Source: Trichoplax sp. H2 (Eukaryota). Taken from it: a DNA stretch of 55,575 bases. The notes under the pieces are model-generated. The model ran no database searches. It was not told the DNA's origin and saw nothing but the letters and a program-made list of their open reading frames with translations. Within the stretch, counting starts at the first letter, position 1; the number at the start of each line of letters is the position of its first letter. A program made the translations under genes and the position numbers. This document shows positions 26,173 through 37,858 of this stretch, one piece after another. The stretch is from the NCBI GenBank assembly GCA_003344405.1, contig NOWV01000163.1, forward strand, positions 124,001 through 179,575, given 5' to 3'.

Positions 26173-27357
26173 ATGGATCGGTATGCTAATGTATCCAAGG
26201 ATATATGCCATGTAGAATGTCCTCTGCATAAATTAATGGGAAACATTTCTGATGGTGAAGAATTCTTCCGTCGAGGTCAATTGGCTATTGCTGGCATATA
26301 CATTTTCATAGGCATCTTGGGACTGATTTTAAATACTGTTACTATTGTGATTTACGCTATAAAATTTCGGACGAAAATTACGACTTTTCATACTTTAATA
26401 ATGAATCTTGCATTATCAGATACTCTATGCTCTATAGCTATTATTTTGCTTGGAGCTAAGACTATTCTCATTGATATGAGTTCGCGTTCTCAGCCTATTG
26501 ATACTTTGAAGGCAGCACTGTCTGCAAATAACGCGATTTGCAAGTTCAGTTACGTTATTTTCTATATGACTAACTCCGTATCTACGCTAACTATAACTGG
26601 AATGGCCGTTGTACGATATATGTCTTTACTTGCAAGAAATATTACTGAATATCAGACATACAACGCAAAGCCAAGGAGAAGAATTTTCGTTCTGATTATA
26701 ATATGGGCCTTAGCCATTAGCAGTGCAATTCCAGTTTTCAGAATTGTCGAACTAACTCCTGGAGTTAAAGTTCGCTGCTTTTTCGCAAATTATCATGATG
26801 AAGGCTGCTTTTATAATTTGGGCTACATTATTTCGATTACAATACTTTTATGCATTATTCCTATGGTAACACTACTGTACTGCTATATTTATTTAGCTAA
26901 ATTTTTATTCCGACAGCAAACAGAAAGGAGGGAATCTTTCAGTGAAGCGAATCTAAACTCGACTGCTTTTCGTACTCGTAGTATTAAGGAAAGACGAGCA
27001 GCAATATTAGTAATCAGTGTTACAATTATATTTATTTCGACTTCGATTCCTTTTATAGTTTATCAGTGGATCATTTCTGTTAGTCAATGTAATGCCGATG
27101 AAATATTAATTTTCTGGATGTATAAGAGTTCATCGAACTGGATATTTTATGAAATTGCTCATTTGTTATTTATATTGCCTCCTATATTGAATCCTATATG
27201 CTATACATGCTTTAATAGTAATTTTCACAACGCTTGCCGATCAGTACTAAAGAATAGAAGGCTTACCAGAGAATCTCAGTCATCGACTAAATCAAGCTTG
27301 TTGAACATTTTAGACAGCCTTATTTTCTATGCGGAGAAATTAAAAAGAGCAAAATAA
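26173..27357 (+). CDS. Class A GPCR, cluster gene 4 (same subfamily; VRY in place of DRY)
   Basis: GLILN, NLALSDT, VRY, VRCFF, CNADE and NPICY motifs; gccATGG start context. Confidence 0.96.
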   Translation: MDRYANVSKDICHVECPLHKLMGNISDGEEFFRRGQLAIAGIYIFIGILGLILNTVTIVIYAIKFRTKITTFHTLIMNLALSDTLCSIAIILLGAKTILIDMSSRSQPIDTLKAALSANNAICKFSYVIFYMTNSVSTLTITGMAVVRYMSLLARNITEYQTYNAKPRRRIFVLIIIWALAISSAIPVFRIVELTPGVKVRCFFANYHDEGCFYNLGYIISITILLCIIPMVTLLYCYIYLAKFLFRQQTERRESFSEANLNSTAFRTRSIKERRAAILVISVTIIFISTSIPFIVYQWIISVSQCNADEILIFWMYKSSSNWIFYEIAHLLFILPPILNPICYTCFNSNFHNACRSVLKNRRLTRESQSSTKSSLLNILDSLIFYAEKLKRAK

Positions 27358-27498
27358 CCTAAATAGAGATTAATATGGTTTATAAAAGCATTACTGTAAT
27401 TTCCGCTAATCGTGAATTTATTAAGCTAATTACCATAATTAATAAATTTTTAATTTTCCTTATAAAAAAGCTGTAGTCGTAGTTATGTTGTTATTAGT

Positions 27499-27800
27499 TC
27501 TTGTAAAAGCTATTCAAGCTATTTAGAATTAAAGTGAATGAAATATTCAGGGTGATATTTTACAAGATTAAGATATTGAACGAATATTACCCGAAAGTTA
27601 TAATTTTTAAAGCGCTGTGATTTGGGCATTAATGATTACTTTTGAATAATATAATAAATATAATTATTCAATTTATTTACCAAAGCATTCATAATTGATT
27701 TCATGTCAATAACTAATAGATAATGAGAGGCATAAAACAAGGTTGCTTGGGTTACTAATATTGTTTGGTTTATTACAAATTATGTTATGAACATATGCAT
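27499..27800 (+). repeat. Diverged ~300-bp non-coding repeat, copy 2 (partner 19338-19640)
   Basis: Colinear similarity to 19338-19640. Boundaries approximate. Confidence 0.7.
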
Positions 27801-30800
27801 TATTTTTTGTACCTTATATATATATTTTTATACATTGAAGTATAGGGGTGAAATAAATAAAAATTTGTGCAACTTTTTGATTTAAAATGATGAATTAATA
27901 CTTTTCAATTGAAATAGTAATAATTTCTCATTTGTTATAAACAAGAATATAAATAAAATTTGTTATTACTTCATGCGTATTTAAAAAAAGATACCAATCG
28001 TGATAGATTTATAATGATACTTTCACTAAGAACGAAAAAAGGCTTGTAATAATCTATAGCTAAGTTGCTTGTAGAAAAAAATTACTTGGAAAAATGTCAT
28101 GGACAACCGCTTCCGATTTCTACTTCTTGGATTCGATTGTAATGTATAAAGATTTATTGCATCGCCTCCACCTGTTAATATACTGCCTGTTGAAAAATTT
28201 AGACCTTCTATTAATCTGCCTAAAGAATTAATTTAGCAATATCCGATTGCACGACTTAAATTTGAGAGTCTGTCTCTCATTAGATTTCGCATAGCAGAAA
28301 TTGTATTCTCCAATATTTAAAAGATTGAAATGCATAGAATTAATAACGTAGCGTATTGTAACTTATGACGCAATATTAAGAAACATTTCATGAGTCTAAA
28401 GAAAAATTTGCGAATTAAAAAGATGCCTAATCAGGCATAGTGGAGTATGTTATATCTCATATGTATTTTGCTGGAAAAGCATGATTACTTGTATGAGTAG
28501 AAACAAGGGTTTAGATTCTCTCATATTATGCTTTCATTTATGCTAATACAATATTGTACTTCGTCATTATTTGCCATATGGCTTAGATTAATCCTGATGA
28601 GGAAGCAAAATTGAGTTGAAAGCAAATGTGAAATATTTGAAAGAAATTTTATAATTTGATTGACTTGTTTCTTGATATGAAAGGTTTATTGAATAATGGC
28701 GGATTAAATACTTTTTATACGCCTGTTTTAAGAACCCAGGTAATATTATCTAGAAGTAAAAAGCTAAGCATCATGCAGAATATTCTTTGAAGGAACGATA
28801 TCCTTTATTGCTAGCTATTCTTAATACATTAGGAAAGTAGACCAGTGTAAAACTATGATGACTGATTTAAACAATTCCTCTATTATTCTTATATGCAGAA
28901 TACGTAGACATACCTACTGCTTTGAAAACGCTAACAATGACAAGGTCAATACTGTTTAATGCAAAATAGATTTTGCAATTCAATTATCAGTGTATGATTT
29001 TACATTATTAATTTGATTAAAGAATTGCATGGATAAATCATAGCTTTCAATTACATGCTTTGTAATCGTCTATGTGTTATAGTAAAGACCTGTAAATAAA
29101 GTACAATAGTCATTTTACTCTTATTTTAACCAAAACCAATTATTTTCGCTAGATTCTTTACTTTGGACAAGTTAATAATTTTCGTTTCTACCTGCAACTA
29201 AAATTTATTAAGCTTCAATTACCATATATATGTGATTGTAGTCTTGCTATGTTGTGTTTATTTTATCGTAAATCACAGATTATTTCTCAACCAGCAAAAC
29301 TTAATCACAGAATTTTTAAGCTTTATTATTTTGATATCATTGCAATAACTAAAGATTTCGATGAACAGGTCTCTTAAATTATGGCATATAAGTTTAACTA
29401 CTATTCGGTAGCTTAATATGTTGATAATAATAGCACGTATATTCAATTCATTCTTATTGACTAATTTTGCATCCAAAAAACGCTGTAATAATTATTTATC
29501 ATTTAAATACCATAAAGATTAGTTTATATAACCTTTAGATTTACTTTATGATGGAGTATGCTTAGTTGAGCCTGGCTTTAAACTTATCTATATTTGTGTT
29601 AGCAGTACTCTTCATAACCCATAAAATGCCCGTTATTTATTACTCCTGATCAAATATATAAAAGCGATACGCTTTCTCGAGACTGTTTATGTTCTATAAA
29701 TGTTGGAGGAGGTTTAAGACTAACTAGCCGTAAGCATAATTTAACTAAGCCTCAGTAAAAGACAGCAGCAAGACCGTTATGATCTCTACCGTAAGAAAAT
29801 CAAGAATGCTCGCAGGTGTAAGCAAACTTCCTTAATTATGGGCACCAAAAGCTTATAACTTTTGATTAGCAATCCTTCAAAGATATTACGGAAATTGAGT
29901 GTAAGAAGAAGCAAAACTGCACTTAGTTCAATAGTGCAAAAATTTGAAACAGAATACTTTTCCTCTGCTAAATAGAGGTGGGTAGATAAAAAGACGACTT
30001 TTAGGCATGTTTCATGGAGGCATTTATTGTATCCTTTTCTACACCCTCTCTTAGATGCATTTAATAATAATACAATTCTAGTATATACTACTGTGGATGG
30101 CTTTTTTACAAAGACTTTATACGACTATAAATCTCTTCATCGCTAAAATTATTCTTGAATATCAACTTCGTGACCAAAATTGCTATGTAATGTTGATTTG
30201 AAACTCGATGTGACTCAGCAATATCATATAGTAATGTAGGTAATTGTGGCAATCTACCATATGTTTACATAAGTTTTCAGCTTTCGATTGCACAATTTGT
30301 TAAGTAATGATCACCAGGTCATCAAATGCCAATTATATTTATATAGCTTCTTTACTGTATTTTGATCTATAAAGCTGGAAAGCTTTGAAGTAACAGGACA
30401 TTTTGAGTAACCAAAGAGTGTTCCTTTACCTTATTAAAGATCCTGTGTAATCTTCCTGCAGACACGAATTTTTTGAAAGAGTTGTATGTATACCTAGTAA
30501 AGATCTTGTGGACAGGTTTATTGCTAAATAATTTATGGTAAGATTGGGAAAAATAAATTAATTGTAATTTATTATCAGCGGAGGCGGCAATTGTTTTCAT
30601 TATAGCTAATTTTGATTTGAACTTTCGCTTGGGTGTTGCAATCGTAGATAGCAGTAAAGATAATTCGTAAGATAAATTTTATTCGATAAAAAGCATTTTT
30701 TTACTATAACATTTCCTTGATAAATATTATAAGTCTTCCGCATTTAAAAAATCTATCTTAATTTTCGCGAAATATTAATATCGGGTTCGTCATATATACC

Positions 30801-33049
30801 TTTCATAGAGAGCCCTTTAATGCGGTAGATTTCTCTTACATTAAACAATAAAAGAGATGATGGTTATAAATTTTGCCACACTCGGTTTGCTGTAATCATG
30901 TAAATTGCTTGCCGATGAACGTCATTTAAGTCGCTAAAAGTAATATCAATTCTTAGTATAGTTATGCAAATTGCTAATATGTTATTGAAATTGCTTTATT
31001 TACAAGAAATATATTAATTGAGGAAGTTTAGGATTTGGAAACAAATGTTTATCGATTAGCGGTCATTTACCTTATAATGGTTCTAAAGTTATCAGTTCGG
31101 CTTCACTACTGCTTGATCAGTATTTGTGTAATGCTTATCTCTAATCAGATATTGCAGTTTGTATGGGGTAATCGTTAATTACTAGAGTAAAAGTTGGTCA
31201 TCTTTAACCCAAATTTAAAAATACATCTTCGTAGGCCCACGCTATTTTAAGATTTGAGGCTTAAATAGACCATAAACTCATAATATTAATTTCTATAAAT
31301 AAAAATTTAGTTTTATAGTTAAAAAGCTGCCCGAATAGATATTGTCATAAATTTTCAAAATTAAATAAACGTTCAAATACTTTAAAGATTCATAATATTA
31401 AAGTTACTGTTGATTCTGATTAACGAACTGAAAAATATGAAATTCTAGAAATGTTCTTGCGTCTTTTCAGTATTCGATGGGATGATGTCTAGTAATTATA
31501 ACATGCTAAACATATTTAGATAATAATAATATTTAACAATCACTGCAAGGTAGTTCATAAGCGGTATCGATATTTTCGTATATGGGATTAGAACTAGTAT
31601 ATTCTTTAAATGTGTAACCAAGAATGGTGCAAAAAATAGATCGATAATTTTAATACCAATCTGTATTTCTATCTTTTTCGTGATGGAAATTCTCAATTTG
31701 GAAATTAATTTAATTTCATCACGGAACTATTTCTAGGATTATAGAGGAAAACTTTGTATAAATAGATAATTCGATTTGTATTACAATACTGTTAAAGGTA
31801 TCTTGATACTAGGTAGTGAATCACTATAACATAACCCTTTTTTACTACTTAATTTGCTATGAAAGAAATTTTACGACGCCGTTGAACTTTACCGTTTATA
31901 TAATGCTATGCTACGTTTTGAGGTGTCATTCTCGTGATCGCAAAAAAAACTAATATTCAACCTGACGTCGCAGCGAATTAATAAACTGCCATATGTTTCA
32001 AAGTAAACAATGAAATTTAACGCAATCAAATATTTGCGAGCTAAAATTTTTTGTTGCTTTTTTGAACTTTAAATAAAATTGCTAAGAAACAAGGTCTATT
32101 TATCTACTTGTTTCCTTATGTTTATCCTGCTATTTGAAACTATACTCGCATACCACACATACGTTATATTGGAATGCAACCGATCACTAAATTTCAAATT
32201 TAGTAGGAAATTAGAACTTTATTAGATCTTTGTACAAAGATAATTTATAGACAGCTCTACTCTACTTGAATATAACTACAAGAAAGATTTTCTAGACTGA
32301 AGAACTGAATCTGAAGTTGCTTACTTAAATAATCTATAGCAATAGTACCTACAGTCTGCATAACATTATTCTAACATATTTTAAAAATTATCTGATTACT
32401 GTTAGTGACAAAATTTTATAGCAGATCATCTATAATCGAACATCATAACTGCTACAGTAATTTCGTCGACATTATTTTTACCAGACAAAAACATGATAAG
32501 CTAAGCATATCCTAACGTATTATATTAACATTGCAAATAGTCTACCAACCAATGCTAAGTTACGTTACATGTATAGCGAATATATTGCTTCCAAAGCTGG
32601 AGCACCAGTAATACATTTTGTACCTAAAGCAACGGTTACGATGATTAATGTTATGTTCAATTAATTTCCATATTAGGGATTATTACTGGTTATGCTCACC
32701 ATTTTAGGGGTAACTACTGTCGAGAGATTATGTTTTAAAACATATTTACTGTTGTCGTGGCTTTATTAACTTACCTAACAATTATAGAGTATCGATGTAT
32801 CAAATATACTATTATAAAAAGGAGATATAATAGAAAAAAGAGGAATTTTCGGCTTATGCTAAGTTTGAAGGAGTCTAAATTGCTCGTAAGCAATTTGTTA
32901 TTTATTGTTACTCGTTGCTGACGTAAAAGTAAAGGAGATTTCTTTTAAGTTTAACTTGCAGTTGTGACAGTTAATATCTAGTCAAATCACAAAACTTCCA
33001 GCTATAGCCAGATATTATAGCCAGGAAATTAAAATTTTATACCTTAACG

Positions 33050-33074
33050 GGCTATTATATAGTATATAATAGCC
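33050..33074. repeat. Perfect 12-bp inverted repeat with a 1-nt spacer
   Basis: GGCTATTATATA-G-TATATAATAGCC. Confidence 0.9.
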
Positions 33075-33446
33075 TAGTATAATTTGTCTATGATTATATT
33101 GATGATTAGCTAGTCGCAATACTAGTATACCGTCCAACAGCTGTCATAGCTATATTAAGGTGGAAGAAATTGTTAATATTCGCTTTATAAAGCGATTGGG
33201 TATTTCTAAAATGATTGACTACAAAAAGATTAACTTAAGCATCTTTAAAGTTAATAAAAAGAGTTTATAGTAATTTAGATAGATAAATTTAATGGATAAG
33301 CTCATACTAGTTAGTTTTTGGCTTGTAAAAAGACTTCAGTATTTCTTTTTAATCGTAGCAATAAGTAAGAATTTTTTTCTTAGTATGATTCAACTTGACT
33401 TTAAATTACTGTAATATTTAGATAATATCATTAAAAGCTGGCTAGG

Positions 33447-34616
33447 ATGGTATCTAATAATGGTAGCAATCTTTCGCATAGCGATTGCATGTTATCAGAA
33501 GTATTATCCGCTAATCCCAAGTTGGATTTAAAGATTGCTACTGCTGGACAGAAACCTATTGCTGCAATTTTTATCTTGATTGGACTTCTTGGAATAGCCT
33601 TTAATATATCAGTAATCATAACTTTAAGGAAGAAGCCGTTATCTGATCGAGTTCGAGAAAATCTCTCCAATTTATCCTCATTTAACACTTTGCTAACTAA
33701 TCTAGCTGTAGCAGATCTATTAGCGGCCATTGCTGTTACGCTAATTGGCGTAAAGACTATTTATATTATAGTCGCAGCTGAGGATTCATATAACGAAAAC
33801 AAGAAAGCTCCATCTAATATTAAAGATCTTATCACTGGTTCTAATGGAATCTGTAAGATAAGCTATCTCTTCTTTTTTCTAACAAACTTCGTGTCCATCC
33901 TAACGGCAACTAGCATGGCTGTTGGAAGTTATCGTGGCATCGTCATAGGCAGTATGCGTCGAGCGGGAAGTACCAGATTAAGCCGTAAAAAAATGGCTTT
34001 ACTTTTGACAGTAATATGGTGCACGGCTATAGCCAGTTCCATACCTACATATTATATAGTCGAAGTGACACCGGCAGTATATAATCGCTGTTTCTTTACA
34101 CATCATTTGCCTAATGGATTTTCTACTTTTAATCTTGCGTTTACTATATTTATAACGGCTATCTTTTACTTCACACCGGCTTTCGTTATGATGTTCTGTT
34201 ACATTCGCATTGATAGAGAGTTAAAGAAACATTCACAACTTAAATTACAAACACTAGCTACAACCAGTTCTACAAGGTTTAGCAACGGTGCCGAGCAGCA
34301 GAAATATCAAAATTCCAATAAAAAGGCCCAGAAGCCAGCTGTTGTGTTATCTATTATCGTAGCAGCAATTTTCTTAATTACAATGTTGCCGTTTATGGTT
34401 TATTTGTGGGTTATAGCTATTAGTAAATGTAATGCGGATGAAATTTTACAAATAGTTTTGGTAGATCGATCCCATTTGTGGATTTTATTCGAGGTTGCTC
34501 ATATTCTTTATGTTATGCCACCGCTGGTTAACCCGATATGCTATTCCTTTTGCATTCCAAGTTTTCAACGAAAATTTAAGGAAATGTGTGGAGAATTTAA
34601 CGAGGAAGATTCTTGA
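33447..34616 (+). CDS. Class A GPCR, cluster gene 5 (same subfamily; GSY in place of DRY)
   Basis: GIAFN, NLAVADL, NRCFF, CNADE and NPICY motifs; intact 389-aa ORF. Confidence 0.95.
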   Translation: MVSNNGSNLSHSDCMLSEVLSANPKLDLKIATAGQKPIAAIFILIGLLGIAFNISVIITLRKKPLSDRVRENLSNLSSFNTLLTNLAVADLLAAIAVTLIGVKTIYIIVAAEDSYNENKKAPSNIKDLITGSNGICKISYLFFFLTNFVSILTATSMAVGSYRGIVIGSMRRAGSTRLSRKKMALLLTVIWCTAIASSIPTYYIVEVTPAVYNRCFFTHHLPNGFSTFNLAFTIFITAIFYFTPAFVMMFCYIRIDRELKKHSQLKLQTLATTSSTRFSNGAEQQKYQNSNKKAQKPAVVLSIIVAAIFLITMLPFMVYLWVIAISKCNADEILQIVLVDRSHLWILFEVAHILYVMPPLVNPICYSFCIPSFQRKFKEMCGEFNEEDS

Positions 34617-35235
34617 ATGGTTAGAATAACTAACATGTGTATAAGCAATGAACAGTCAAGATGTTTCACATTCATGCATGTAACGGTCACACTACAATCT
34701 GCATATGCTAATATTAAAAAAATTAAGCCCTTTTGGTCTAATCTGTTATTATACACTAAAATGAAAGCTTTTCTCAAATTTCGAATATGCAATGGTCTAT
34801 AGGAATAGCTAAAGATCATATCAATTTTTACATTTGCAATACTCTTAGTTTTTTATACTGCTACATTCCGCAGGAATGGTTATTGGAGTAACATTACTCT
34901 TGTTGATATAAAAGAATAAGGTGCTGGTAGATTGTACCGATTTAAATTCTCTTAAAAGGTGTTACAGTATTACCGTACAGTTAGGATAGTTTAATAGTAC
35001 AGTATTAGCTAATACGTATTTGTAGTGCTAGGTAAGATAAGTAATTCCTTAACGTGGATGTTATTTGTGGTAGTTTTTTACATATTTTATATTGATTGCT
35101 ATTATGTGTAGGCAGTAGTAAGATGATTCAAGTTCTAGCTAATGATAATTGATCTATACAACATACATGCTAAGATAAAAATTATGCAGAAATAAGAGAT
35201 TAAAAACATCTACTGATAGAAAATCTATGTAAGGA

Positions 35236-35678
35236 TGTCACGGTACGAACTACCGTGAAGAAATAGCTATCTAAATTTGGTTAATATAATATAGTGATAA
35301 TATATTACATCTAGTTACTTACAATAGGAATTACTCTAATTATAAGTGTGTTACAGTAAATTTTAATGCTGTGTTGTAATGTGTACTGAAATGATTCTGT
35401 GAATGGACATATTGTAGTCCGACTATGAAAAACTAGTTAGTAGATGTTCTCACCTAAGTATTTTTATAAGATGACTTGTGAATGTTAGCTGCTGTAGAAG
35501 GGTACATAAGCCCATCAGATAGTTGAATAAAGCAGTTCTCAATTGTCTAGTTGAGTTTAACGTAGAATATAAGGCTTCTAAATTCTTGTGAGGTAGTTAA
35601 GGGATACTGAATCCCGGAGACTATAGTAAATTAGAGATTTATTTTACGTTATCCTTGTCACGAAGCTGGTTTGTGACA
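35236..35678 (+). mobile_element. Solo LTR-like element, family A, complete
   Basis: TGTCAC...GTGACA ends; perfect TSD AAGGA (35231-35235 and 35679-35683); AATAAA at 35526. Confidence 0.92.
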
Positions 35679-37858
35679 AAGGAACATCTCAGTTCGATGT
35701 AACGCTCCTAGTAAGGTAAAATAATAATACTGTTGTTGTTTATAAATTAGAGGGTTCCTATATAAACGGTAACATTAGAGTTGTGTTGTACGGTGAAAAG
35801 TTGTAGATAATTCTATGATAATAACAGTTCTATCTTTACGGTACTTTGCTGTGCATGCTTGATATTTTGCAGATGAGTAATCAATTCATTAGTTAATTAT
35901 AGACTTTTGCCGTATGTTTCCTTGTCACAGGGTTTAAATTGTGAGAAAAGGTAATCGAAGATTCACTGTATTCGGGAGCAAGTACTAGAATGAAAAGAAT
36001 ATTAATGCTATAAAATATCGAACGAAAAGGAAGATCTGGCATTACGGGTAGTATATTTTACTATATTTTTACTATAGAGATTGACTGAATAACGATTTCT
36101 GGTATTAGTCTACATACAGTACTGTAGTTTTACACATTATAAAAGTCGCAAATGATTTGCAGAAATTAATAGTTTCAAGATCGATAGGGAAAGGAAAAAT
36201 AGATTTGCATTTATTTGCTTTTTTGCATTGCATTCTAAGATGATGATGACGGAATCTTTTATTAACATGGCAGAACACTTATAACGTCATCAAAATTTAG
36301 TATAGCTGAGGAGTTAATAGTTATTAAGAATAGCTTCATTGCATTACTATATTGCATTACTATCTAATAATATTTCATTTAGTGTCTATTTTAAGCAACT
36401 AAAACCTTGATTAAAGATAATCACGTAAGTTGATTCACATTTTCATTTCCAGATACTAAATTATGATGGTCTTCAGGTAAACTTAAAAACCATCTCTTTA
36501 AGCTATTATTACTGAGCAATGTTATTATTATTGGTTTGATGAATTATTACTGTCATGCTGAATAAATTGTTCTTAAAAAATTTTCATAGCATTTAGAACT
36601 GTTGTTCTGTATAAATGTAAGCTCCGCATTTGTTTTCAACTAGCATATTGACTCCTTATTCTCAATACTATACTTAATATAATAAATCCAGACTTCAGTA
36701 TTTTGCAAGGTATAATAAGCTTTGTTCTTAAATTTTTCCCATATTGGATGAAAGGGTTTGTTTGTAGAAATTTATTATCGGATTATGGTAGCTAAAAAAT
36801 ATTATTTAAAGTTCAATACCTCTCTATCTTATTTTCGAAATTTCATTACTGTGAGTAAATCTGTTAATATACGAAGGTGTGATTGTCTCGTAAACACTGT
36901 CTACTTGTGTTATTAAAGACACATATTGCTTAAAATTGACTCATTTTATTGATAGTAAACACAAAGTCATTGTCATATAGCGTTATAAATATTATAAGTT
37001 CCTTAGAGATGGCAATAGGTTAGATTTTAGTATGAAATAAAATTTTACAGTAAAGCTTTCACAAGCGCTGCCGCATTATAATTCAACGAACAAGAATATA
37101 TTGTTATCTGGAACGCACTATTAAGGAACACCATTTTAAACTGGCTCTACATATATCGGTAAACTACTCTATTTTGTTGAAAGTAAAATAGACACTTACC
37201 TATGTACATTATCTATTATCGAAATTAATAACAATAAATTAGCAATAGAAATTATGGATTAAGCAAATGTCAGTGAGAGTGAAGCTAACCAGAACATTAT
37301 GCTCTGTTGTTAGCTTATTTACAAAGTTTTTCAAACTTGTATATATTGTATTAATTATAATGATAAAATTTTCTTACTTTTTCATCAATCAAGGTGATAC
37401 TACTTTACAGGTTGGCAGAAATTGAAGGAACCTATTATAAATCGTACTATTAATAGCGCCTACAGTTAAGTGTAACAAATGCATTATTCCTATGCATTAA
37501 AATGATGTTTCTACGTGGTAAAGAATTGCTTTGGCAACATCTGGCTAACCAGTGCGTGGGCGCTTTTAACAATTAACTAAATAAGCGCGTATTAAACAAT
37601 AATCTAGTGTTACACTACATTATAAAACTAAGGTTTTCCATGCTATTAAAGCATTTCTCACGAATGCAATCTAAGTTGGATAATCTCGAAACGCAAATTT
37701 TCTTTCGATTTTTATTCCTAGAACGCTTGGTGATATTATATTCCAGCTTAAAAGAAATCAGTCCCAATAAATTTTTTACCATTTGATAGAAGATCGCGTC
37801 TAGTTTGCATTCTTTAATGGTACCTATTTAATTTTTTCGCATTTTTTACATTATTGAT

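Noticed and set aside
28080-28620. Coding-like stretch with scattered stop codons
   Set aside because: I could not match it to any protein family; a translated homology search would be needed.
30367-30660. Minus-strand 77-aa ORF with an open upstream frame
   Set aside because: No recognisable domain or clear exon boundaries.
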